DNA of 64,000 bases from an uncultured Clostridiaceae bacterium. Lineage in GTDB: Bacteria; Bacillota; Clostridia; Lutisporales; Lutisporaceae. Every line of letters begins with the position of its first letter. Position 1 is the stretch's first letter. The DNA lies in NCBI GenBank assembly GCA_964468275.1, contig CAYXUX010000001.1, positions 8,597 through 72,596 of the forward strand. Reading direction: 5' to 3'. Made by a program: the position numbers and the translations under genes. The notes under the pieces were generated by a model. It saw only the letters and a program-made list of their open reading frames with translations. It made no database searches and had not been told where the DNA came from. This document shows, piece by piece, positions 51,427 to 61,020 of this stretch.

Positions 51427-52110
51427 ATGCTATATGGCTTTGATCCTACATTTGTATTCTTAATACCGGCTATGATTTTTGCTGTATATGCCCAAAGCAA
51501 GATTAAAACTACTTTTAGTAAATACCTAAGGGTTCAAGGTAGTTACGGTTATAGAGGTTATGAAATAGCTAGGAAGATACTGGATGCTAATGGATTAAAT
51601 GATGTTCCTATAGAACTTACCGGAGGAAGTCTTACAGATCATTATGATCCGAGAAATAAAGTTTTGAGACTATCGCGTGAGGTTTATAATGGCTCCTCTT
51701 TAGCATCCGCCGGTGTTGCAGCTCATGAATGTGGTCACGCACTGCAACACAGTGAAAGTTATGCACCTTTAATAGTTAGAAATGCCATTGCTCCTATAGC
51801 TTCTATTGGCTCTCAAGCTGCTTTTTTCTTTATTATAATTGCTTTAATTTTGAATATGATGCAATTATTTACTTTAGGCATATATCTTTTTAGTGCAGCC
51901 GTATTATTTCAAATTATAACTTTACCTGTTGAATTGAATGCCAGCAGCAGGGCAATAGTAGCATTGCAAAGCTATAATTTGGTTGCACCCGGTGAAGAAA
52001 AAGGGGCAAAGAAGGTGCTTTCAGCAGCAGCATTGACTTATGTTGCGGCAACACTTATGGCAGTATCGCAATTGTTGCGGTTGTTGTTAATCAGAGGCAG
52101 AAGAGACTGA
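51427..52110 (+). CDS. Membrane zinc metallopeptidase (Zn_peptidase_2-type)
   Basis: HECGHALQH HExxH motif, a TM at the N-terminus and two near the C-terminus. ATG follows GAAGGAGG. Confidence 0.75.
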   Translation: MLYGFDPTFVFLIPAMIFAVYAQSKIKTTFSKYLRVQGSYGYRGYEIARKILDANGLNDVPIELTGGSLTDHYDPRNKVLRLSREVYNGSSLASAGVAAHECGHALQHSESYAPLIVRNAIAPIASIGSQAAFFFIIIALILNMMQLFTLGIYLFSAAVLFQIITLPVELNASSRAIVALQSYNLVAPGEEKGAKKVLSAAALTYVAATLMAVSQLLRLLLIRGRRD

Positions 52111-52166
52111 TAAAATTTATCAGTCTCTAACAGTTTGAAAATTCCAAAACAATATGGAGTGATAGA

Positions 52167-53513
52167 ATGGCAGATAACGAGGCGAGAGAAGAAGCTTTAC
52201 TGATACTCAATTCTGTATTGGTTCGAGGCAAATATTCAAGCATTGAAATTAGAAATAGATTGAATAAATCTGATCTTAAAAATATTGATAAAGCATTGGT
52301 TACTGAAATTGTTAACGGAACTTTAAGAAATCTGATTAAAATTGATTGGATAATAAGCAGATTTATCAAAAGAAAAATTGAAAAGTTATCGGATAATGTA
52401 AAAAACATATTAAGATGCGGTGTTTATCAAATTGTTTTTTTAGATAGGATACCTGATTCTGCAGTTTGTAATGAAAGCGTTGAATTAGCAAAGAAATATT
52501 CTAATATAGGAGCCGCAAGGCTTGTAAATGGTGTTTTGCGAAATATTTCAAGACAAAAAGATAGTATAGGTTCCCCCAACGAAAAAGATATATCTAAATA
52601 TTTATCTGTTGAATTTTCGCATCCTTTGTGGCTTGTGGATTTGTGGATTGAAATTTATGGTGTTGATTTTACAAAGAAGTTGCTAAAAAAGAATAATAAG
52701 GTACCACCCTTATCTGTCAGAGTTAATAAAATAAAAATTAGCAAAGAAAAACTATGCCATTTATTCGATTTAAGCAATATAAATTGGGCTGAAGGGTGTT
52801 ATAATGATGAAGCAATTTTTATAAAAGGCGTATCATCGTTAAAAGATTTAGAGCTGTTTAAAAAGGGTTATTTTCTAGTACAGGATGAGAGCTCAATGTT
52901 GGTTTCAAAGATTTTGAATCCGAAACCGGGGGATTTTATAATAGATGTATGCAGTGCTCCCGGTGGCAAGTCTACACATATAGCGGAACTTATGTCTAAC
53001 CGAGGGAAGATTATTGCCAGAGATATAAGCTTGGGAAAGCTAAAACTTATTGAAGATAATGTAAGAAGGCTTGGCATAGCAATTATAGAAACGGAGATTT
53101 TCGATGCAAACAAGATTGATAATAGTCTAATAAATAAGGCTGATGCTGTATTAGTTGATGCCCCGTGCAGCGGTTTAGGTTTAGTGAGACGAAGATCTGA
53201 TTTAAGATGGAAGAAAGAAAAAGAAGATATAGAAAAGCTATCAAGGTTACAACTGAGTATTTTGAAAAATGCTTCATTATACGTTAAAAAAGGAGGTGTG
53301 CTGGTTTATAGTACATGCACCTTAAATAACATAGAAAATATTCAAGTAATAAAGAATTTTTTACTGCACCATAAGTGTTTTACCTTAGACAGTATAGAGA
53401 AGTTTTTGCCTGATAATATTAATGCACCCGATGCCAAATACGGTTTTTTAGAGTTATATCCTCATATTCATGGTACCGATGGGTTTTTTATGGCAAGAAT
53501 GGTTAGAGGTTAG
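52167..53513 (+). CDS. rsmB: 16S rRNA (cytosine967-C5)-methyltransferase RsmB
   Basis: NusB-like N-terminal domain, SAM site DVCSAPGGKS, and catalytic DAPCSG / YSTCT. Confidence 0.88.
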   Translation: MADNEAREEALLILNSVLVRGKYSSIEIRNRLNKSDLKNIDKALVTEIVNGTLRNLIKIDWIISRFIKRKIEKLSDNVKNILRCGVYQIVFLDRIPDSAVCNESVELAKKYSNIGAARLVNGVLRNISRQKDSIGSPNEKDISKYLSVEFSHPLWLVDLWIEIYGVDFTKKLLKKNNKVPPLSVRVNKIKISKEKLCHLFDLSNINWAEGCYNDEAIFIKGVSSLKDLELFKKGYFLVQDESSMLVSKILNPKPGDFIIDVCSAPGGKSTHIAELMSNRGKIIARDISLGKLKLIEDNVRRLGIAIIETEIFDANKIDNSLINKADAVLVDAPCSGLGLVRRRSDLRWKKEKEDIEKLSRLQLSILKNASLYVKKGGVLVYSTCTLNNIENIQVIKNFLLHHKCFTLDSIEKFLPDNINAPDAKYGFLELYPHIHGTDGFFMARMVRG

Positions 53514-53528
53514 ATTCATGGAGGAAAA

Positions 53529-54557
53529 ATGATTGATAAAGCAAATTTAAAAGATTTCTCTTTGGGGGATTTGGAAAACCTTTTACTAACTAACGGGTTT
53601 TCCAAGTATAGGGCTGCACAGGTTTACAGCTGGATATTTAAGGACGTCAGGAATTTTGAAGGAATGAAGAATTTACCGTCAAGTTTAATAGAATTTCTGA
53701 ATAAGTCTTTTTATATTAACAAATTTACATTATTGAAAAAACAAGTTTCAAAGGATGGCACAATTAAATTTTTATTTGGGTTAAAAGACGGAAATGCGAT
53801 AGAATGTGTATTGATGAAATATAAGTACGGGTATACCATATGCATTTCTACTCAAGTAGGTTGTAAGATGGGTTGTAAATTTTGTGCTTCTGCAACCGGC
53901 GGTTTAATAAGAAATTTAACATCAGGTGAAATGCTGGAAGAAGTAATGGCTGTTTCCCGAGTGACAGATAAAACGATATCAAACATCGTTTTAATGGGCG
54001 TTGGAGAACCTTTTGACAATTACGGTGAAGTTATGAAATTTGTTCATGGCGCTAATTCCCATTATGGTTTTAATATAGGTATGAGGCATATTACAATATC
54101 TACCTCAGGTTTGGTACCGAAGATTTATGAGTTTGCCGATGAAAAGCTTCAGTGTAATCTTGCAGTTTCTTTACATAGTGCTATTGACAGTGTAAGAAGT
54201 CAACTAATGCCCATAAATAAAAAGTATAATATTGAGAGCTTAATAAAAGCTTGTAAGTATTATTGTAATAAAACAAATAGGAGAATATCTTTTGAATATG
54301 CACTAATAGATGGATTAAATGATAAAGAATCAGATGCTATAGCCCTTAGCAGTTTATTAAAAAATATGCTTTGCTATGTTAATCTTATTCCCCTTAATTA
54401 TGTAGCCGGCAAAGGATTAAAAAAATCAAAGGACAGAGAAATTGAGATATTTAAAAATATTTTACGAAAAAATCATGTATCCATGACAATTAGAAGAGAA
54501 TTAGGTCAGGATATTGACGGGGCTTGTGGCCAATTAAGGACTAAAGCCGGATTGTGA
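53529..54557 (+). CDS. rlmN: 23S rRNA/tRNA (adenine-C2)-methyltransferase RlmN (radical SAM)
   Basis: CKMGCKFCAS cluster, GVGEPFDN, and C-terminal GACGQL. Confidence 0.92.
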   Translation: MIDKANLKDFSLGDLENLLLTNGFSKYRAAQVYSWIFKDVRNFEGMKNLPSSLIEFLNKSFYINKFTLLKKQVSKDGTIKFLFGLKDGNAIECVLMKYKYGYTICISTQVGCKMGCKFCASATGGLIRNLTSGEMLEEVMAVSRVTDKTISNIVLMGVGEPFDNYGEVMKFVHGANSHYGFNIGMRHITISTSGLVPKIYEFADEKLQCNLAVSLHSAIDSVRSQLMPINKKYNIESLIKACKYYCNKTNRRISFEYALIDGLNDKESDAIALSSLLKNMLCYVNLIPLNYVAGKGLKKSKDREIEIFKNILRKNHVSMTIRRELGQDIDGACGQLRTKAGL

Positions 54558-54689
54558 TGATTTAAAACTAAGATAAAAAATATACTAGTATATTTTAATA
54601 AAAGGTATTTCTATAAATATGTCGAAATAAATAATTTTAACAATACTTTTACAAACAAACATATTAATACAAGTTTAAGGGTGTTTTTA

Positions 54690-55430
54690 ATGAGAGCATT
54701 TGGTAGTTCTAATGTTGGTTTAGTAAGAAAAACAAATGAAGATGCGTTTTATTGTCAAGAAAGTTATGAAAGCGGAGAGCCGTTTGTTTGCGTTATAGCC
54801 GATGGTATGGGCGGACATAATGCCGGAGAAGTGGCAAGCAATATGGCTGTCGCAAAATTTGTCGATTTTTATAATAATAGCATTAGAAATTATAAACGTA
54901 ATTTGGATGACTATGCAGCATTAGTTAAAGATGCCTTTTTTTATGTCAACAAAAGTGTATATTTAGAATCTGTTAAAAAGCTGGAGTATGTAGGGATGGG
55001 GACTACTTTAACGGTAGTATTGATTATTGATAATAAAATGATAATTGGTCACGTAGGAGATAGCAGAATTTATAGCATCAGAGATTGCAATATTGAAAAA
55101 ATAACCACGGATCATTCTTATGTAGCGGAATTAATTAAAAACGGTACTATAAAACCCGAAGAAGCTAATAATCATCCACAAAAAAATTTGATAACAAGAG
55201 CCATAGGTACATGCTATACAATTGATGTAGATATTGATATATTTGATTTGAAAAATGGTGATTTTATGGTAATGTGCACTGATGGCCTATCAAATATGTT
55301 AAATCAAACTGAGATAAAAAAGGCTGTACTACATGATAAAAGCTTGGTTGAGAAATGTGATGCTTTAATTGGATTGGCAAATGAAAAAGGTGGCTACGAT
55401 AATATTACGGTGGTAATCATAGAAGTTTAG
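54690..55430 (+). CDS. stp: PP2C-family Ser/Thr phosphatase Stp (PrpC)
   Basis: RKTNEDAF, ADGMGGHNAGEVAS and CTDGLS motifs. Precedes prkC. Confidence 0.88.
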   Translation: MRAFGSSNVGLVRKTNEDAFYCQESYESGEPFVCVIADGMGGHNAGEVASNMAVAKFVDFYNNSIRNYKRNLDDYAALVKDAFFYVNKSVYLESVKKLEYVGMGTTLTVVLIIDNKMIIGHVGDSRIYSIRDCNIEKITTDHSYVAELIKNGTIKPEEANNHPQKNLITRAIGTCYTIDVDIDIFDLKNGDFMVMCTDGLSNMLNQTEIKKAVLHDKSLVEKCDALIGLANEKGGYDNITVVIIEV

Positions 55431-55445
55431 AGGGAGGTCTAAGCC

Positions 55446-57383
55446 ATGATAGGTAAAGTGTTGGGAGAAAGATATGAAGTAATTGAAAAAATTGGTGGCG
55501 GCGGTATGGCTTTAGTATATAAAGCAAGATGCCGTCTGCTTAATAGATTTGTAGCAATAAAGATACTAAGATCCGAATTTACAGGAGACGAAGATTTTGT
55601 AAAAAAATTTAAAAGAGAATCACAAGCAGCTGCAAGCCTATCACACCCGAATATTGTAAGCATTTATGATGTTGGAATTGAAAATGACATTCATTATATT
55701 GTGATGGAGTATATTAAAGGGCAAACTCTTAAAGAATTGATAAAACAAAAAGGAGCCTTAGGATTTGAATTTGCAACGGATATTGCCATACAAATCGCGT
55801 CGGCTTTGGAGAATGCTCACAGCAATCACATTGTTCATAGAGATATTAAATCACACAATATTATGCTTAAAGAAGACAGAACAATTAAGGTTACTGATTT
55901 CGGTATAGCAAGGGCAGTATCATCATGCACTATAACAAATACAGGCAATATAATAGGTTCTGTTCATTATTTTTCACCGGAACAAGCGAGAGGTGGATTT
56001 ACAGACGAAAAATCTGATATATATTCTTTGGGAGTTGTATTATATGAACTTGTAACCGGCAGATTGCCTTTTGAAGGGGAGACTCCTATTTCGGTTGCTT
56101 TAAAACATGTTCAAGAAGATGCTATAAAGCCAAGCAAGATTTGCAATAAGATACCAAAAAGTTTGGAGAGCATTATTCTAAAATGCATGAGTAAAGATAT
56201 AGCAGACAGATATTCTTCTGTAAGTGATATAATAACTGATTTAAGGCAATCCCTGTTGATGCCCAATGGTGATTTTGTTAAAAAAAATATAAATGAAAAC
56301 GAAAACACAATAAAAATGGAAGCAATAAAAGTAAATGGTTTTTTAAAGCTTGATGAGTTCAATGAAGAAAAGGAATTAGATAAAAATGCTAAGACGGAAA
56401 ACCCGCAAAAGCTTTTATCAACTGAAAAAAGGGGAAAAAAGTTAAATAGGAAAATAACAATTTGGGCTATAGTATCCGGACTGGTTCTTGCTTTTGTATT
56501 ATCCGGGGCATATTTTGCCTTTAAGAATGTTTTTAATGTAGATATTAAACCTGTACCATATTTAATAGGAAAACAGGAAGATGAAGCAGAAAAGGAGTTG
56601 GAAGAATTAGGTCTGATTATGAATGTGGCAGAAAGAGTCCATAATAAGGATATTCCTGAAGGTGAAATTATTAGGCAAGATCCCAAACCAAACCAGTCGA
56701 ATAAAGTAACAAATCCCGTTACTGTTTTCGTAAGCAAAGGACCTAGAAAAGTACCCGTGCCACCGATTATCGGTAAAAATTATGATGAAGTAGATATTAT
56801 ATTGGAAAGTGTCGGATTAGCGGAAGGTGATGTTGTCCAAGAGTATAGTCCATATCCCAGTGGTATTGTTATAGAACAAAAAATTTCTCCGGGAATCAGT
56901 GTTGATGAAGGCACGAGAATAGATTATGTTATCAGCGGCGGTCCGGAAAAATTCTTTATAAAAAGTTTTATAGGTATGAATATTGAGGATGTAGAAACGG
57001 AATTAATGATACTTGATCTTATACGGGGAAATGTTGTTGAGAAGCCAAGCGAAGAGCATCCAAAAGGTGTGGTTCTAGAGCAAAGCGTTACAGCAGGTAC
57101 GGAGATAAGTAAGAAGAGTGTTGTTGATTTTGTGGTTAGCAAAGGGACAGAAGAAAAACCTAATGAAAAGGTGTATTATCTAAGTATTGATTTGCCTAAG
57201 AATTTGGAGAGAATGAAAGTTACTGTATTTAAAATAGAAAATGATAAAAGCATGTTAATATATGAGGGAACTCATTCGTCTGCAGATAGCCCTCTAAAAA
57301 TTGAAATTAACGGCAAAGGGAACGTGCTATTTGAAGTATATATAAATAATAGCTTTCATGAGAGCACTCCTTATAAATTTTAA
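55446..57383 (+). CDS. prkC: Ser/Thr protein kinase PrkC with extracellular PASTA repeats
   Basis: GGGGMALVYKA, HRDIKSHN and DFGIAR kinase motifs, one TM, then three PASTA-like repeats. Confidence 0.9.
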   Translation: MIGKVLGERYEVIEKIGGGGMALVYKARCRLLNRFVAIKILRSEFTGDEDFVKKFKRESQAAASLSHPNIVSIYDVGIENDIHYIVMEYIKGQTLKELIKQKGALGFEFATDIAIQIASALENAHSNHIVHRDIKSHNIMLKEDRTIKVTDFGIARAVSSCTITNTGNIIGSVHYFSPEQARGGFTDEKSDIYSLGVVLYELVTGRLPFEGETPISVALKHVQEDAIKPSKICNKIPKSLESIILKCMSKDIADRYSSVSDIITDLRQSLLMPNGDFVKKNINENENTIKMEAIKVNGFLKLDEFNEEKELDKNAKTENPQKLLSTEKRGKKLNRKITIWAIVSGLVLAFVLSGAYFAFKNVFNVDIKPVPYLIGKQEDEAEKELEELGLIMNVAERVHNKDIPEGEIIRQDPKPNQSNKVTNPVTVFVSKGPRKVPVPPIIGKNYDEVDIILESVGLAEGDVVQEYSPYPSGIVIEQKISPGISVDEGTRIDYVISGGPEKFFIKSFIGMNIEDVETELMILDLIRGNVVEKPSEEHPKGVVLEQSVTAGTEISKKSVVDFVVSKGTEEKPNEKVYYLSIDLPKNLERMKVTVFKIENDKSMLIYEGTHSSADSPLKIEINGKGNVLFEVYINNSFHESTPYKF

Positions 57384-57395
57384 TTGGAGGGAAAT

Positions 57396-58268
57396 ATGAT
57401 ATCTGGCATTATTATAAAAGGAATAGGTGGTTTTTACTATGTAGATATAGGTGACAGGGTAATTGAATGTCGAGCCCGGGGGTTATTTAGGCTAAAAAAT
57501 ATAAAACCTATGGTAGGAGACTTTGTAGAAATTGAAATAGAGGACAAAACAGACCAAGGATTTATAATAAATATAAAGGAAAGAAAATCTGTGATGATAC
57601 GCCCGGAAGTGGCTAATGTAGAACAGGTAATCATTGTAATAGCTGCTAAGGACCCTGAAGTAAACATGCTATTATTGCAAAAAATTCTAGTATATGCAGA
57701 GTATATAGACTTAAACATAGTAATTTGTATAAATAAGATTGATTTGGATTTAGAAGGAGAATATGAATCAATAATTGAAATGTTAAAGTCTGTGCCATAT
57801 AATGTGCTAAAAACCAGCGCTACACAAAAATATGGCATAGACGATTTGGCCAAAATTCTTTTCAATAAAGTTTCCGTATTTGCAGGTCCTTCAGGGGTTG
57901 GTAAATCATCCCTTCTGAATGCAATAAGTCCTGATTTGAGGTTAAAAACAGGCTTGGTAAGCGATAAAACAAAAAGAGGAACTCATACTACCAGACATAC
58001 GGAATTAATGAAATTAAAGCTTGGAGGAATGATAGTTGATACTCCGGGTTTTAGTTCATTTGATATGATAAAAATGGAAGTAGATGAACTAAAATTTTAT
58101 TATCCGGAATTTAAAAACTATAGTAATTGCAGATTTTTATCTTGTGTGCATGACAAAGAACCGGATTGTAAGGTAAAGGATGCCGTTTTGAAGGGTTATA
58201 TACACAAGGACAGATATGATAGTTATATACAAATATTGAACGAACTTAGGGAAGTTAGGAGGTATTAG
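57396..58268 (+). CDS. rsgA: Ribosome small subunit-dependent GTPase A
   Basis: OB-fold N-terminus, circularly permuted G domain (NKIDL ... GPSGVGKSS), and a C-terminal zinc knuckle. Confidence 0.9.
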   Translation: MISGIIIKGIGGFYYVDIGDRVIECRARGLFRLKNIKPMVGDFVEIEIEDKTDQGFIINIKERKSVMIRPEVANVEQVIIVIAAKDPEVNMLLLQKILVYAEYIDLNIVICINKIDLDLEGEYESIIEMLKSVPYNVLKTSATQKYGIDDLAKILFNKVSVFAGPSGVGKSSLLNAISPDLRLKTGLVSDKTKRGTHTTRHTELMKLKLGGMIVDTPGFSSFDMIKMEVDELKFYYPEFKNYSNCRFLSCVHDKEPDCKVKDAVLKGYIHKDRYDSYIQILNELREVRRY

Positions 58269-58269
58269 A

Positions 58270-58932
58270 ATGGTTAAAATAGCTCCCTCTATATTGTCGG
58301 CGAATTTTTCGAATTTGGAAAGAGATATATTGACTGTAGAAAAAGCCGGTGCGGATATGCTGCATATTGATGTTATGGACGGTCATTTTGTTCCTAATCT
58401 AACTATTGGTGCACCTGTTGTTAAGAATTTAAGGAAGGTGACATCTTTAGTTTTTGATGTGCACTTGATGATTGATAATCCCGAATTATATATAAAAGAC
58501 TTTGTTGAAGCAGGTTCAGATATAATAACCATACATGCCGAAGCATCAAAGCATTTACATAGACTTATACAAACAATTAAAAGTTTTAATGTTAAAGCTG
58601 GCTTGGCGTTAAATCCGGCCACTCCCTTATGTGTGATTGAGCATTTGATTGAGTATTTGGATATGATATTAATAATGACAGTAAACCCCGGATTTGGCGG
58701 TCAAAGCTTTATTGAGAATATGTATGGAAAGATTATTTCCTTAAAGGAATTATTGATGAAATATGGAAGACAAATACCTATACAGGCGGATGGCGGAATA
58801 ACTTTGGATAATATTCAAAAACTACATGATTGCGGAGTAGAAATAATAGTAGCAGGATCTGCTATTTTTAATTCTGACGATATAAGTAAAACTATTTTAT
58901 TGATGAAATCTTTAAATGGGGTACAAATATGA
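58270..58932 (+). CDS. rpe: Ribulose-phosphate 3-epimerase
   Basis: IAPSILSANF, HIDVMDGHFVPN and VNPGFGGQ motifs. Confidence 0.93.
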   Translation: MVKIAPSILSANFSNLERDILTVEKAGADMLHIDVMDGHFVPNLTIGAPVVKNLRKVTSLVFDVHLMIDNPELYIKDFVEAGSDIITIHAEASKHLHRLIQTIKSFNVKAGLALNPATPLCVIEHLIEYLDMILIMTVNPGFGGQSFIENMYGKIISLKELLMKYGRQIPIQADGGITLDNIQKLHDCGVEIIVAGSAIFNSDDISKTILLMKSLNGVQI

Positions 58933-59561
58933 AATCGTTTATAATTTCAAATGGAAAGATAACCGATTACGAATACTGTAAAAATTTAATTACAAAAGAT
59001 GATTATATTATTTGTGCGGACGGTGGAGCCAGACATGCTTATAACATGAAACTTGAACCCAATTTGATTATTGGTGATTTTGACTCTATGGAACAAAAAT
59101 ATATTGAGTATTTTAGAGGCCGAGATGTGGAATTTATAAGACATCCGAAAGATAAAGATAAAACTGATACACATTTGTGTGTAATAAAAGCTGTAGAGTT
59201 TTCCGATGAAATCGTTCTATTAGGTGCATTGGGAAGCAGGTTAGACCATTCATACGCGAATATTTCATTATTGAAAATAGGAATTGATAAAAATGTAAAA
59301 ATGAGTATTGATGACTACCAAAATAAAATAATTTTGATTAACAAAAATATTGTTTTGCGAGATAGTCGGGGATATACATTTTCTCTTTTGCCTTTTAATG
59401 GGGGGGTTAAAGGACTTTGTGTAAAAGGAGCGAGATACGAATTAAGTAATGTGGATATGGAAGCAGGTGATACATATGGGATAAGTAATCTTTTTTTAGA
59501 CAAGGAAGTTTTTATTAGTATAGAAAAAGGCTTACTCATGATAGTAAAATCCAAAGACTAA
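58929..59561 (+). CDS. thiN: Thiamine pyrophosphokinase
   Basis: ICADGGA, GDFDS and DKDKTD motifs. Same position as yloS/thiN in Bacillus. Confidence 0.85.
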   Translation: MKSFIISNGKITDYEYCKNLITKDDYIICADGGARHAYNMKLEPNLIIGDFDSMEQKYIEYFRGRDVEFIRHPKDKDKTDTHLCVIKAVEFSDEIVLLGALGSRLDHSYANISLLKIGIDKNVKMSIDDYQNKIILINKNIVLRDSRGYTFSLLPFNGGVKGLCVKGARYELSNVDMEAGDTYGISNLFLDKEVFISIEKGLLMIVKSKD

Positions 59562-59622
59562 TGTGTCAAAAAGGTCATTATACGAGTAATATATAGTATA
59601 ATGATTTTTTGGAGGAATAAGC

Positions 59623-59778
59623 ATGGGATACTCTTTTAGAAAGTACACCGGGTTTCTACTTATTACTCTGGCTTTGGCAATTATAATTAGAATTTTGCCT
59701 GCGTGGGCGTGGTGTATATTTGTTATAGTTTTTGTTTTTTTTATATGCTTTTTCATCGTTAGTATTTTTTACGGATGA
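59623..59778 (+). CDS. Small hydrophobic protein, 51 aa (not in the ORF track)
   Basis: ATG 59623 lies 7 nt after GGAGG. Product MGYSFRKYTGFLLITLALAIIIRILPAWAWCIFVIVFVFFICFFIVSIFYG has two predicted TM helices. Confidence 0.45.
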   Translation: MGYSFRKYTGFLLITLALAIIIRILPAWAWCIFVIVFVFFICFFIVSIFYG

Positions 59779-59794
59779 TGGGAGGCATGCAAAG

Positions 59795-59944
59795 ATGAGT
59801 AAGAAAAAGAAAAAAGTATTTGGATTATTGGTACTATCCGTGGGTATAGGAGTCCTGTTGGCAGTAATGGTGCCTCTTATCGGATGGATATTATTATCGG
59901 CGGTGGCACTGATTATCGCGGGGATTTACTTATACAGATGCTGA
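59795..59944 (+). CDS. Small membrane protein, 49 aa (internal start of track ORF 59732..59944)
   Basis: ATG 59795 lies 8 nt after GGGAGG. Product MSKKKKKVFGLLVLSVGIGVLLAVMVPLIGWILLSAVALIIAGIYLYRC has a lysine-rich N-terminus and two TM helices. Confidence 0.5.
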   Translation: MSKKKKKVFGLLVLSVGIGVLLAVMVPLIGWILLSAVALIIAGIYLYRC

Positions 59945-60090
59945 TGATGCATAGTTATAATAAATATAAATACAGCGGATAAAAGATTGTTTTGGGGTTA
60001 TTTCTATATTAGTTTAGGCTGTTACGATACTGTTTAATATTGCAATACTAAAACAGAATAGAATTGTAAAAATTATGAGGTGGTGATAAA

Positions 60091-60606
60091 ATGGCAAAAG
60101 CACTTTTAGTTATTGATATGTTGAATGATTTTTTAGATAAGGATGGAGCCTTATGCATAGGTGATTCTAAAAACATCATAGAAAATGTGTTATTAAGAAT
60201 AAAGCAAAATCGTTTAGACGGTAATAAAATTATTTACATAATGGACAGGCATTTACCGCAAGATGCCGAGTTTGAAATGTTTCCCACTCATTGTTTGGCA
60301 GGAGATAAAGGAGCAGAAATTGTAGATGAATTGGCACCTAGAGATGAAGATTTTCAAATTTTCAAACGTCGTTACAGTGCTTTTTTCGGTACTGATTTGG
60401 ATCTGACTTTAAGAGAGTTAGGAGTTAGTGAATTAGAGCTTTGCGGAGTGTGTACTCAGATTTGTGTTCTTTATACTGCAGCTGATGCACGCATGTTAAA
60501 TTATAATGTAACGGTGTTAAAGGATTGTGTTGATTCCTTTGATAAAACAGCACATGAGTTTGCATTGGGAGAAATGCAAAAGACTTTAGGGGTTAAAGTT
60601 ATATAA
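60091..60606 (+). CDS. Isochorismatase-family cysteine hydrolase (nicotinamidase-like)
   Basis: ALLVIDMLNDF N-terminus, RYSAFFGTDL, and catalytic-Cys context LCGVCTQICV. Confidence 0.8.
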   Translation: MAKALLVIDMLNDFLDKDGALCIGDSKNIIENVLLRIKQNRLDGNKIIYIMDRHLPQDAEFEMFPTHCLAGDKGAEIVDELAPRDEDFQIFKRRYSAFFGTDLDLTLRELGVSELELCGVCTQICVLYTAADARMLNYNVTVLKDCVDSFDKTAHEFALGEMQKTLGVKVI

Positions 60607-60650
60607 TATACTTCGGTATGAGTACAAATGATATATGTACCAAATACTAA

Positions 60651-60690
60651 AAGAGTTACATAAATATGCGGGGCATATCATGTAACTCTT
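60651..60690 (-). terminator. Hairpin terminator, most likely for rpmB
   Basis: AAGAGTTACAT / ATGTAACTCTT 11-bp outer stem plus ATATGC/GCATAT inner stem. A U-rich tail is present only in the minus-strand sense. Confidence 0.55.
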
Positions 60691-60712
60691 AAAAACATGT
60701 ATCGCAGTATTT

Positions 60713-60904
60713 TTATAAAACTCTTTCAACTTTACCTGATCTTAAACATCTCGTGCATACCCTTATTCTTTTGGGAGCGCCGTCTACTAATGCCTTAACA
60801 GTTCTTAAATTAGGCAACCATGTTCTTCTACTATGCCTGTTTGAGTGACTTATTTTATTGCCGGTAAGCATACCTTTACCACAGATCTCGCATTGCCTTG
60901 CCAT
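60713..60904 (-). CDS. rpmB: 50S ribosomal protein L28
   Basis: MARQCEICGKGMLTGNKISHSNRHSRRTWLPNL is canonical L28. SD AGGAGG on the minus strand. Confidence 0.95.
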   Translation of the reverse strand: MARQCEICGKGMLTGNKISHSNRHSRRTWLPNLRTVKALVDGAPKRIRVCTRCLRSGKVERVL

Positions 60905-61020
60905 ATATATACACCTCCTTCAGGTTGAATAGCTGTCAAATAAAACATTATCATTCTAACACATATATTATACAATTGACAATATTAGAATGGCAAATTT
61001 ATTTCAATCGTAGAGATGAT

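Noticed and set aside
56111-56737. 208-codon antisense ORF inside prkC. Similar long antisense ORFs occur at 1492-1944, 25644-26039, 49979-50371 and 57437-57865.
   Set aside because: All lie exactly opposite well-supported conserved genes. They have no Shine-Dalgarno sequence and encode low-complexity Ser/Phe/Leu-rich strings, the mirror image of Lys/Glu-rich sense codons. These are stop-free antisense frames, not genes.
59562-60712. Looked for a SpoVM-like 26-codon ORF at the thiN-rpmB junction, where Bacillus has spoVM.
   Set aside because: No small ORF with the amphipathic KLPKFLGG-type sequence was seen on either strand. Absence by eye is weak evidence, so no claim is made.
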